From Gekko japonicus (taxonomy: Eukaryota), in NCBI RefSeq assembly GCF_001447785.1, contig NW_015168044.1, positions 2,426,503-2,490,502 on the forward strand: 64,000 nt of DNA. Reading direction: 5' to 3'. Each line of letters opens with the position of its first letter. Position 1 is the stretch's first letter. The notes under the pieces were generated by a model. That model searched no databases. It was not told the origin of the DNA and was given only the letters and a program-made list of their open reading frames with translations. Shown here in pieces: positions 36,456 through 48,324 of the stretch. The position numbers and the translations under genes were made by a program.

Positions 36456-38836
36456 CGGGGGGGCCAAACTTGTTTAACGTAACAGCCACACAGAATAAAC
36501 ATTAGATGTTTGATTATAAAATTTTTGCGAGTATACTAGCAGAAAGGCTTAAAAAATATTAAACCAAACTATTCATCAAGATCAAGCGGGATTTCTTCCG
36601 AAAAGATTGATGAAGAATAATATAAGCACTGTTATTAATACGCTGGAATATTATGAGAACCATCCAGGAAAACAAGCAGTGTTAATGTTTCTAGAGGCGG
36701 ATAAGGCATTTGATAACATCTCATGGTCGTTCTTATTACAAAAGCTGGAAATTTCTGACTGTGGAAAGAAGTTTGAGACAATGATTAGTGCAATATACAA
36801 GAAACAACATGCTCAGATAACTATAAATGGTGAACTAACACAGGAAATAGAAATTCAAAAAGGGACAAGGCAAGGTTGTCCATTGTCACCGTTATTGTTT
36901 ATTTTTGCTCTAGAAACACTGAACGATTTAGTGCGAAAAAACCAAAACATACAAGGTTTAAAAGTAAAAGGAGAAAAGTATAAACTTCGGGCTTTTGCAG
37001 ACGATCTTGTATTTATTTTAGAAAATCCTAAGGAGTCGATTAAAGAACTGCTGGAGGTAATTCAAGAATATGGATTGGTGGCAGGCTTAAAAATTAATTC
37101 AACTAAAACTAAACTACTGACTAAAAATTGCGATACAAATACACAACAAGAACTACAAAATTTCACGAAAATGGAAATAGCGAAAAAGGTCAGATACCTA
37201 GGTATTATAATGTCAACTCGAAATAGTACTCTTAATGGAAGATAACTATACGAAACTATTGGAAGAGATAAAAAAGGATTTAACAAACTGGAAAGATCTG
37301 CACATCTCCATGACAAGAAGATAAAAATGAACATCTTACCCAGATTCCTATTCTTAGCGCAGAATATTCCAATAATTTAAAATATACAATACTTTACAGA
37401 ACTGGATAAACTAACAAGGAAATTTGTGTGGAACGCAAAAAGAGCAAGAATAAGATTAAAGTTGCTGCAAGATAGAAAGGATAGAGGTGGATTTGGTCTA
37501 CCAAATTGGAAGTTGTGTTATCAAGCAGTGAGTATGGGATGGATTAAGGATTGGATTAATCTGCAAGATGAAAAGATGTTTAAAACTAGAAGGGTATGAC
37601 CTAGTCATGGGCTGGCATGCCTATATTTGGTATGATAAAGATAAATCTCATCAGCATTTCAAAGATCATATCATAAGGGCGGCCCTACTCAATGTGTGGA
37701 GAATAATGAAAGAGAAATTCTATTTAAAGATACCAAAATGGGTGTCACCTTTAGAAGCTTTCGTAATACCAACGCTCTTAACGAAATACAATAAAGCAAC
37801 TTATGAGAGACTGCTGGACTCGACAAACAAAGTAAAATCAGAAAAAGAATTAGAATCACAATATAATATAAAATTATCTTGGTGGGAACAGACACTATTA
37901 AAATCAAGGTACCAAAAAGATATAAAAATAGGCTTTTATGATGACAAAAATGAGCTAGATAAAATCTGGCTCTCCTCAAATGACAAATTGATCCAGAAAT
38001 TATATAAAATATTATTGGAAGAATACATGAAAGAAGAAACAATGAAGAACAATGTGGATGCATGGACGAGAGATATAGGTTATGTAATTCAACCTGAAAA
38101 ATGGCTTAAGATTTGGAAAATGACTAAAATTATGAGGGCGACTAATTTCAAAGAAAATGTTTTCAAAATGTTTCATAGATGGTACTGGCTGCTAGAAAGA
38201 ATAGCAAAATGTTATGCAAATTGCTCCAACATTTGTTGGAAATGTAAAACAAGCGTTGGAACATTCATATGTGGTGGCAATGTACCAAAATACAGAAATA
38301 TTGGTTATTTATTCAGAAAATAATACAGGAAATGGTAAAAGTTAAACTTGATTTAGTGCCAGAAATATTCCTACTCAATATACTTCCAGAACACATTAGC
38401 TACAATAATAGATATTTAATAATATATATATTAACTATAGCTAGGATACAATGGGCGAAATGTTGGAAGCAAGACAGTACCCCCAAACAAGATGAAGTAA
38501 TAGAGAAACTTATGGGAGTAGCCGAAATGGACAAATTGAGTTTAATGTTACAAGGGAAAAGTGAAGAAATTTTTGTGGAACGATGGTTGGGATTGTACAA
38601 ATGGTTAGAAAATAGATAACTGACTCTAAAATGTATATATGTAAGGAAATAATATGTATGAAAACCTAATAAATATAATTAAAAAAAAAATTAGATGTTT
38701 GAGAGTCACAAGTCATGAACAAATATTACACACACATTTTTATTGAAAAATATGCAAATTTGCTTTTTATTAACATTAAATTAGACTGTGTGAAAGAGCT
38801 ACATGTGGCTTCCGAGCTGCAGTTTGGCCACCCCTG
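36456..38836. mobile_element. hAT MITE split by the L1 insertion
   Basis: Ends c-ggggggg-ccaaact / agtttggccacccctg. Confidence 0.8.
36514..38689 (+). mobile_element. 5'-truncated L1-clade LINE (RT + CCHC region), disrupted
   Basis: DQAGFLP, ADKAFD, GTRQGCPLSPLLF, FADD, YLG, CWKC...MWWQC; aataaa + A10 tail; 13-bp TSD attagatgtttga (36501-36513, 38690-38702). Confidence 0.95.
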
Positions 38837-39134
38837 CCATATAGGGAACATTATAGTCAATGGTCCCCATAAGGCAGAGGTGTCAAACTCATTTGTTATG
38901 AGGGCCAGATCTGACATAAATGTCACTTTGTTGGGCCAGGCCATGTGTGCCACAAAATGTAACACAAAGTACCGCATATATAAACTTTATAAGGATGATC
39001 TCAGATGCTGAACGGCAATAGCAGGCATGATTGGATTAGTTGTGACATGCAGAGGGGTGGAAATATCAGCATTGGTAATGAGACAGGAAACCTAGGTCTC
39101 AGTTTGGTACATGAGGATTCAGTCCAGAAGGATG

Positions 39135-39625
39135 CAAAGAATAAATGGAAATAAGTCTGAAGAAGGGAGCAGTGACTCATAGATGCACATACCATACCAC
39201 AATTTTGTTAGTCTTTAAAGGTGCTACTGGACTGTTAATCTTTCTACTGCTATTAGAAACCACAACATTCAAAAGGCAGTGGGGGAACAGTTTAACCTTC
39301 CAGGGCATTGAGTTGCTGACCTAAGAGCAGCAGTTCTTTTACAAAGGAATTTCAAAGGGAGATTAGAAAGAGAGACTGCTGAATTACAACTGATCACAAT
39401 GCTCAAGACAATGCAAACTCCTGGACTGAATTGAGACCTAGGTTTTTTCTCTCATTACCAATGCCTGCTATTGTCATTTGGCATCTGAAATCACATCACT
39501 CCAAGATATAAGGACAGATGGATTCATATTCCAGCTGCATCTGAAGAAGTGAGCAGTGACTCATGAAAGTTCATGCCCTGCCACAAATGTTGATAGTAAG
39601 GTGCTGCTGGACTCTTGCTCCTTTT
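39135..39625 (+). mobile_element. Penelope-like element 3' fragment (GIY-YIG C-terminus + pLTR with hammerhead motif)
   Basis: RINGNKS...IRNHNIQKAVGEQFNLPGH*VADLRAAVLLQRNFKGRLERETAELQLI...GLN*DLGF, then the CTGAAGAA...GAAA core. Confidence 0.88.
39537..39576 (+). ncRNA. Candidate minimal type I hammerhead ribozyme (Penelope-type)
   Basis: Stem I GCAT/ATGC, core CTGAAGAA, stem II GTGAG/CTCAT, GAAA-GT-TC; activity unknown. Confidence 0.6.
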
Positions 39626-39796
39626 CACCAATAAGGAATGCAAGCTGTGCTGTTAGGTCCCCCCACACACACACCTGTTAGAAATGGAAAGGGGGATTTC
39701 TTCAAGTGCCATGAGGTGGTCTCCCCCCCCCCTCTGGCTCTTTTCCTCCCTCCTCCTTCCCTCCCTCTCTCTCTTAAGTGTGCCAGACACCAAAAG

Positions 39797-40096
39797 NNNN
39801 NNNNNNNNNNNNNNNNNNNNNNNNNNNNNNNNNNNNNNNNNNNNNNNNNNNNNNNNNNNNNNNNNNNNNNNNNNNNNNNNNNNNNNNNNNNNNNNNNNNN
39901 NNNNNNNNNNNNNNNNNNNNNNNNNNNNNNNNNNNNNNNNNNNNNNNNNNNNNNNNNNNNNNNNNNNNNNNNNNNNNNNNNNNNNNNNNNNNNNNNNNNN
40001 NNNNNNNNNNNNNNNNNNNNNNNNNNNNNNNNNNNNNNNNNNNNNNNNNNNNNNNNNNNNNNNNNNNNNNNNNNNNNNNNNNNNNNNNNNNNNNNN
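39797..40096. other. Assembly gap (300 N)
   Basis: Run of n. Confidence 1.
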
Positions 40097-40344
40097 CCCT
40101 CCCCCCCTCCCCAGAGGAGGGGTGAAGGAGCCCTCGGCCAATTGAAGGAAGGCTTTCCTTCTCTCCTCTGAAGCTGGAAATAAAAGAGACTGGCCCAAAG
40201 GAGCTGCAATGTAAGAAGCAGAAAGCAGTACAGAGTCAGTTGCTCTCAGGTCGGATTGGAACCCTGCAGGGGCCGTATGTTTGACACCCATGCCATAGGG
40301 TATAATGAAGAATCAATCTGGGAGTCTCTGGGGATGGGGGCCCC

Positions 40345-41005
40345 CTGTTTTTTATTATTTCAGTTTCCAAACATCTTACAATACAGCGCCTTGTCATAAA
40401 GTACTTTAGTACATTAATTATAATAGTCTCTTATAGAATATTTAATACAGTTTCAACGATAACATCTAAAAATTAAAAATATAGCAACGATCTATAATAA
40501 GGGTTCTTAGGACTAATATGATATTCCATCATTGAGCTTAAAAGGGGAAACCAAATTTTTGTGAATTTAGGATTGTATTGGTCTGAGGGTGGATTAGAAA
40601 TATTCAGAGCAATTTTACTCATAATAAATTGATCTCATATTCAATTTTGCCATTGTTCAATTATGGGTGGAGCCTTCTCTAGCCACTTTGCAGCTATTGT
40701 TAGTCTAGCTGTTGAAGTTAAAATTAGGATTAATTCTGTTGTTTGTCTATTAAATTGTGGTTCTATCAATTTGTTTAAAAGCATAGTTTCTGGTAAAAAA
40801 AAAAGAATTGTATAGTTCATAATCAACTTTATATGTTTAACCACCTGTGACCAGAACACTTGTATATATTTACAAGACCACCAACAGTGTAGGTAATTTG
40901 CCCGTGCTCCACAGTTTTTTCTACAAGTTGGATCAAATTCTTTATCAATTATGTGTAATTTGGTTTGGGGAAGGTACCTTCACATTATTGTTTTGATTGC
41001 TTGTT
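40345..41005 (-). mobile_element. L1-clade 3' fragment
   Basis: Minus strand CRKNCG...HCWWSC..FWSQV...LILILTSTARLTIAAKW; T-rich tail at the left end. Confidence 0.8.
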
Positions 41006-42693
41006 TCCAATAGAGGGGTAAGGCATTTAAAGGGCTCACAGTCCCTTTAAATACCTTTGCAAGCTGCGGCTGAACTCCGAAGGTATTTAAAGGGACTGCA
41101 GTCCCTTTAAATGTCTTCTCCAAGCTGAAGCTTCACCCAGAAAGTGTTTAAAGGGACTGCAATCCCTTTAAATACCCTTTAACACCAGCTATCTGGCAGC
41201 TCCAAAAATCCCAAATATTTTGGGGATTTTTCAGGCTTGGCCAGATCAGATAGTCAGATAAATACCCTGGCTGATATCCAGCTGAAAAAATTCCCCCCAA
41301 ATACCAGCAAAGTATTTTTCAGGGGTTTTTCCCGGCTTGGATAAACTGAATGCACACCCCTAAAGGCCACCTAGTGAGTTTGTGGAAGAGGCAAGGTTTG
41401 ATTGGGACCTTCCAGATGATGAGCTTATTCTCTTAGCCAGTACAGTGTGCCAGTATTGTTGCCTTTCAGAGAGCTGCATCTGTTGGAGCAATCTTGTCTA
41501 TAGATGTAAATGCTATATTGCCTGTTAATCACCCATTTAAAATAGATGTAAGGAGGATTTGTCTTTCTAACAATTCTTTACAGCTTGACATTTCTCATTG
41601 TTTTTGGCAAGTACAACATAGAGGAAAAAATCTTTTGTAAATTGGCCAAGCTAGTTTCCACAGCTGAAAATATTTCTTGAGGGATTCTGTAACTAAACAC
41701 TCTCTTTTAAAACAAAGAAGTAACTTTTTCCTTTATTAGTTCAGATTTATAGCCCATCTCATTCAGGTGCCTCAAAGCCCGGCTCATACAGGTTGATCTT
41801 GTAATGTTTCCAGAAGGCTCCATGCTTGGACTTTGGTGAAGGAGTTCCACTATTTTGCTCTGGTGTGAGGGGAATCACTGGTGAAGCCTTTCATTTGTGC
41901 CCTTGCAGTCTGAACCCAACACACAGCTAGTTTAAAAATATCACTTGTGCAGATGGTGTATTTCAGGATCTGGTGGGGATTTTTAAGAGTGAGCTTCAAT
42001 TTGTTGTGGCTGCATGAAGCCTTCTGTATTTGTGTACTGCTAACCTGAAAATTTCCTGAAGGCAGTTCAGTGGGCATGGTGTAGCAAGCCATCTTGGCCG
42101 TATGAAGGTTTGCAATGGAGCCTTGTCCCGATAGGGATCAAAAAGGAAGGTTTCTTGCTTCTTGTACTGGATATTAAGCTGCCAAAATGTTCAGTTACCA
42201 TATTTCACTGTTCCATTCAGTAGGTAAAAGTTCACAATGCAGGTTTTTAAAAATTAAAGTGGCTTTTAGCTTTCAAAATAAGGCATTAGACAGTTGACCT
42301 AATATATGGAGAAGTTGATATAGCAGGCCATCAGAAAATCTCAGGGTTTTAGTACACTGAAATCTCTCCCCCCCCCTTTTACATATATGTAACTAAAGCA
42401 CATTAATGTAAAGCCATACAAGTGGATTAAAAAAAACCTGTTGACTTTGTCGCATGAAGTAGATGAGGAAGAAGGAGAACATTTGTGCAACTTCTTTCCA
42501 CCAAGTGTATCTTTCTTGTCCTCGGCCTTAGTCAGTCTTGTCTGCCTCCCTGTCCTGCTAAAAAACTAGAGTTCCCCAAAGCCTTACTGTTGGAGTTCCT
42601 GAGAATAATTCAGTCCAGACCTTACACAATCAGTTTTATCAAGGCATTGTGTGTCTTTGGGCCGAGCTACACATTACATTTTTGATAGTCTGC

Positions 42694-43083
42694 TCCGTGT
42701 GTCTCTCTACCACCCCCCCCCCCCCCCTTCCTTCCTTTTTTTCCATTTTCCCTAGTTGAAAGGACACTGGAGAGGGAATTATTTTTCCTGTTCTTGCAGT
42801 TGCATGTGCATAGAATACTCCATATGCACCTACAAAAGGGAGGGGGGATAACTCCCTGAACACCATTTTGGCTCAGGACAACAGTACTAAGGGGAAGCAG
42901 GAGTCCCTCTCCATGCCTCAGTTCCCAGCTGAATTAAGCTCTCCCCTCCTAAGTTATCCCTCTCCAGTGTCCTTTCAACTAAGGAAAACGGGGGGGGGGG
43001 GTTAGAGAGGCACACGGACAACAGTACTAAGGGGAGGCAGGAGTCCCTCTCCATGCCTCAGTTCCCAGCTGAATTAAGCTCTC
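42694..43083. repeat. Compound inverted + direct duplication
   Basis: 42694-42777 is inverted at 42957-43018; 68-bp direct repeat at 42876-42943 and 43016-43083. Confidence 0.92.
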
Positions 43084-44519
43084 ATTCATTTTTAAAGAGA
43101 CATTCTCCACAGCTTAAAAACGTGATTTCTAGTTCAGGTCTTTATTAAAGAACCCAAAATTTGGTGTTGATATATTCAACATTTTGTTGCAGTAAAGTCA
43201 TAGGGCTTTAAGACTGAGAATTCTGTGTGAATTTGGTAGTTGTTGGTAGTTAGAGTAGGAAACGAAGGCAAAGCTATACACCAGAGAGTTATGTTGAAGA
43301 ATTCAACAGCTGCACCTCTATATCAATGTAAAATCCACCCAGACCCCTTCTGTTAAGATAATCAGAAGCTTCATAATCTCAAATGTGTATTTTTTAAAAT
43401 TTGCATGCTTAGAAATGTTTGAGTCCATGCAATACAAATGGCCTGTCAGCACCCTAAGTCTCTATATAAAGGAAGGAGCACGCTGGCAGATGCCACAGAA
43501 GCAGGGAGAAATTGCCAGTCCTCTGACTTCAGGATTGAGCTGGCCAATTAAGAATTACAGAAAGGCTGCTTATGTGGTTGTTCAGAACCATTCTGGGGGG
43601 GAAATATTGATTTACATCAGCATTACCCTTTGAAGGCCTTTCCCACTATCACTGGATACTGGAAAAAATTTAAGTAAGAAAAATTATTGGTTGAAATGTA
43701 GCTTACAAGGGTGAAATGCCCAACCTAGTGAAAACTAGGGCAACAGGCCTTTAAAATATTATCTGTGCACCATGAGGAAAAAAAAGAAATCTGATCCAGG
43801 CTATACTGCATTTATTTGAATGCTGTATCACCCCAATATTGTTTAAAAAAAAAAGCCTTCATTCTTTCCAGGGATGAGGGGTGGTGTGGTCAAGACAGGG
43901 AGATTACTGTTGAAAGAAACACAGTACAGCCTCAATTAGATGCTTTGTCCCCACAAAAAGGGACTAGAAGAACAAACTTCTATCATTTTCCCCCCTGGTG
44001 AGTAATATCTGAACTGGCTGTTTGATTCTGGGCTGAATTGCACAGTTGGAAACAGAGTTCACTATTAGTTTTACAACATTGACAAGCTTGCCTCAGTAGG
44101 TCTGTAGTCCACGCACATAGTTTTTAAGTTCCTAGTCTCTGCTGATGGCATTGATAGCTTCTTCCTGGTTAGCTTCCTCTCCTTTTCCAGGGAAGGAACA
44201 TTGCAAAGAAAATAACAAGTGCTTCTTCTAAAGCATACAGATTTAAAATAGAGTGCAGGTGCAGCTCAGTTTGGAACTAGATCTTATCTTTCCTCCTAGG
44301 CATTGATGCCATCTTGTTCAATGTGACCTCTTAGTAGACATAGAAACTTTTTTTCTGTCACTTTTTCTTTTTCTCATCACATCATCTTTTCTTTCATACT
44401 TAAAAGCATAAGTGATGTATTCATAATAGGTGTTTAATTTGGTTTTATTTTTATTTTTATCCTTATGGAATCATGGGTAGTTTCATTGCAACTCATTTCT
44501 TTCTGTTTGTTTCGTATAG

Positions 44520-44669
44520 GGCTGATAGTGCAGGATCATTCAGACCCCCTGTTCAGTTCATATGCCTATAAATCTCACTACCTACTGAATGAATCAAATC
44601 GTGCTGAGTTGATGAAATTACCTATGATTCCTCCTTCTTCGTCAGCTTCCAAAAAGAAATGTGAGAAAG
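44520..44669 (+). CDS. NSD3: NSD3 exon 15, insert within PHD4 (LIVQDHSDPLFSSYAYKSHYLLNESNRAELMKLPMIP...KKKCEK)
   Basis: tatag acceptor, gtaacc donor, 150 bp, symmetric phase 1-1. Confidence 0.95.
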
Positions 44670-47614
44670 GTAACCAAAATAGCTTCTTTCTCTTTAATTT
44701 TCTTTCACTTTTCCTGCTTTTTCCTTTCTATTTTGTTTGGCTTTTTTAAATTAAATCAAGCTCTGTATGCTCTCATCCAGCACCTTCTTGTTGCGCTTGG
44801 TGAACTTCACTCATCGCTTATTGTGAGTGTGCATTCATGTTGGCAAAATACTGCAAAAGGGCTTAAAATAATTAATCTTGCTAAATTTCACTCAAGAAGT
44901 GAGTGGGCACTCTATCAGCTAATCTGATAGTCTTGCTTAGATCATCAGATGGAACTAACATCCTTATAGAGTCTGTTTTTGTATCTTTGTGTTGTATGTA
45001 TGTAATAGCCAGGAACCACACTTAAGGAGGTAGGTAATATTAGGGGCCAGTTCACTCAGCAAACCCACTCTGTGGCCAGAATGGGATAGCCTGGAGTCAC
45101 CAAGTGTATGAACCAACAGCAACATGTGAGGGGCTATACATGTGGCTGCTATGGTTTGTGCTGTTGTAGTGGTACTTTTTCAAGCAGGTGTTCCGGTAGG
45201 GCTGCTAGGGCTTTGAACTGGGCCTTGATATTCCCCTTTGTTGGTAGCCACTGCCTAGGCAGCTGCTTCCTCAACTGTTTTATCCATAGCTGGAGGAAAG
45301 GCCAGGACTTTGTCACCTGTATTGCTGTGTTGGTAGGTCAGAAGAAAACCAAGTCTTAAGCAGACACTTGGGTTTTGGCTGGTGAACCTTTCTACTACAT
45401 CCATAGCTAGATTTCCTCCCAGGCAGTTGTTACACCAGACCCATCTTCATGAATGTGGGGCTCTTGAGTGGGTATATTCCACACTATGGAGACTCCTGCT
45501 TCCCACCTGCCTCTTAAGGAACTTCATGTGAAAGAAGCAAACCTTGTCCTTCAAACAGCACACAAGGAACAATTGTATTCAGGAGTTAAGACGGAAGGCT
45601 TTTAAAAAATTCCGGTAATTTCACAGAACTGTATAATATCCTTGGGATGCCACCCGTTTGAGGTGGGTGGTGGTGGAATTAGCATTTATTTGGAAACATT
45701 TATTTAAATATATAGAAATTCAAATTGTCATTTTTTTCAACGTTACAACTCAGCCAAGACAATAAGCCAGCCAGTTCAAAACCGGCCAGAAGGCAACCCT
45801 TCGTGTAACTGTTGTTCTGCTCAAAGAATCACAAGAAAAAGGCAACAGTTCTAAGTGGGTAGAGCTATGTGCACATGGGAGAGCAGGATCCCACCTGCAC
45901 CACCCACCAGGCATCTTTTCCAGGTCTGTTGGACATCCATCCATTGGCTGTCATGTTCTCATAAGGCCTCAGTGTTTTCATGTAATTAACTGGTTAAAAA
46001 AATCCAGGAAACAACTTGTATCTGTACAGTTCAGAAAGCAATCGTGTCATCCCTGAGTATTGGAACACTCAAAAATTGTGTGTAGAACTGCTGCCCTGAC
46101 TTGTCTGGCCAAAATACATCACTTGCCATATGCATAGGTGGGAATCCATCACTGTGAAACTTGAGACAATCAAAATTATTTTGAGCCCTCTTTCCGCTTA
46201 GCTTCAGCAAATCTTACTAATGCATTATAAGAGCCAAGTTTACTTGCATAGCATTGAATTTTGTGTGTGCATTTTTTTTGTTTGTATGCTTTGATTTTTC
46301 ACATCTTTTATACCATATTTGGGCATTTTTTCAATGATTGGGGCTGTATTTCCTCTGAAACGATGCTTACTCTTTTAAGAATTAATTCTGGGATTTTGAA
46401 ATCAGTGGGATAGCTAAACTTTGAGGCTTTATTACATTCACAGCAGAGGAAATATAGTAATGGCTTTGTTGTTGTTTAACAAGCTCTTTTTTGTGCTCTG
46501 TAACAATCAGTGCAATTACAGGTTTGAAAGTCTATAGGTGGACAAGATTTTCTGACAGCCTTTTGTAAAATAAGAATCCAAATTACCTTTGATACTCAAA
46601 AATAGCTTAACATGCTCTTTTCTAAATTTGTAGGACTCCTCCTCCTTGAAGGAGTAAAATGCTCATAAGATTTTATATTAAATGTAGCAAAGGCATTTGC
46701 TACCCAGAGTAAACAAATCCAAAGGCAAATCAAACACTGGTCCCCACCCCCAAATATCCTCTACTTTTTTTGTATAAGTATTTAACCTAGATGAGATGAG
46801 AATGCAAAAGGCAGATGTCCAGTGCAAATGTAACATTCCTGATCTCTTAACTCCTACACACTCTGATTGGAAGCTAACCATGGCTAAAGCTAACATCAGT
46901 TTAGATCTAATGCTGCACCATGGTTAGTGCTGAAAAGGGAAACCAGTGCATAAGGAATGGGGAAGTAGGGCACAAGTGATTGTAGCCAATGCCATAAATA
47001 AGTTTTAAAAATGGTTGAGAGCTCGGGAAAGTATGTCTGCACCAGGCCGTTGTGTCAGGAAAGCTTCAGTTTACAGAATCAGTAAACATCCACACTTTTA
47101 AAATTCTAGAATAACCTTTTTCTGACATTATTTTTAAAACAGGAAAAAATTGATCAACCTATAGGCTGCATCTTTGCACTAACTGATTGCTAAGGGATCC
47201 AGTCACAGCAATGCAGGTTTAAAACTGATTTCATAGTCTTCAATCATTTGTCTGAAATACTGCCATTTGTTACATTATCTCAGAAAAGATAAATTGTGCA
47301 CAGTTGCCATATTCAGATACTTCTTTCTTGGAAAATATATCTGATTGCCAACTTGGCTGGATTATCTATAAAAAAAATGAAACCCAATTGTGTAATTGCT
47401 TGGCTTGGGAGTTCTGTTTGTACAAGACTGATCAAATAGACTGTGTGTGTTTAATCCAGCATTGTAATTCTGACTTGATCCTTTATGTTTGCCATTCGTA
47501 TTGTATGATACAACAATTCTGTTTTCAACAATTTTTGAAAAATAAAAGCTGGGGAAAATGGGTTTTCTACCTGGTGTCTTTAACTGTAAAGTAAACAATG
47601 CTGTTTGTTTAAAG

Positions 47615-47771
47615 GTGGAAAGTTGTTATGTTGCGAATCATGTCCTGCATCCTTCCACCCGGAATGTCTTAACATAGAGATGCCAGGTGGCTCCTGGAAC
47701 TGCAATGACTGTAAAGCTGGCAAGAAACTACGATACAAGCAGATTGTTTGGGTCAAGCTTGGAAATTACAG
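47615..47771 (+). CDS. NSD3: NSD3 exon 16, end of PHD4 and start of PWWP2 ([17 protein letters not shown]...[10 protein letters not shown]); GC donor
   Basis: aaag acceptor; AG|gcaagt donor is needed to join to G-TGG-TGG-CCA of the next exon (RWWP). Confidence 0.95.
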
Positions 47772-48324
47772 GCAAGTTAAAGTCAAATGGAAATTACTTT
47801 TATTATCAAACTATTGTTTGTTATACCTTGTAGAGTACTTCAACATACAGAATATTTTGCACTTTTTACTTTCTCTCATATGTGTTTGGCCTTTCCTTCA
47901 TGGAGCTTAGTGCAACATGTATGGGGGATTTTCTCCTGTTTTATCATTGGAACAAACCTGTGTGGTAGGCTAGGGGCAGAGTGAGACAGGGGTGGGTGGG
48001 AGATTAGCCCAGGGTCTCTCAAGGAATTTCATGGCTTTCAACCCTGGCTTTGAAGTCCAGCAGAGTTCACTCCACTTTTACCTATTTTTACAGCTATTTT
48101 ATAGGTTAACGCATGGTTTCTTCATTTTTGTCAGTAGGGGATTCGAAGCCTGTCCAAAATTAGGAAAGGAAGGGTTCCATTGGGCATATATTTTCTTGCA
48201 CACATGCTTTAAATGCATGCTTGCCCACCCTCTCTTCCTGGCTTCTTCTCTGCTGCCACCAGCACCCACCTTCACCCCTGCTTGCTGAGGTCCTGTATGT
48301 TGTCTATGCAGGTACACACAGCAC

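Larger units (their letters stand above)
38875..40292. mobile_element. hAT MITE family C containing Penelope fragments and an assembly gap
   Basis: TIR cagaggtgtcaaac / gtttgacacccatg; TSD ccataagg / ccataggg. Confidence 0.82.
36292..41362. mobile_element. hAT-type non-autonomous DNA transposon hosting nested insertions, itself inserted in an old SINE
   Basis: TIR TAGGGGTGTACA / TGCACACCCCTA; perfect 8-bp TSD AAGGCCAC (36284-36291, 41363-41370). Confidence 0.9.

Noticed and set aside
39625-40291. Long ORFs with X runs
   Set aside because: Artefacts of the 300-N gap
41020-41180. Repeated tttaaaggg / ccctttaaa units resembling a regular array
   Set aside because: Internal palindromic repeats of the hAT element; not CRISPR (eukaryote, no unique spacers)
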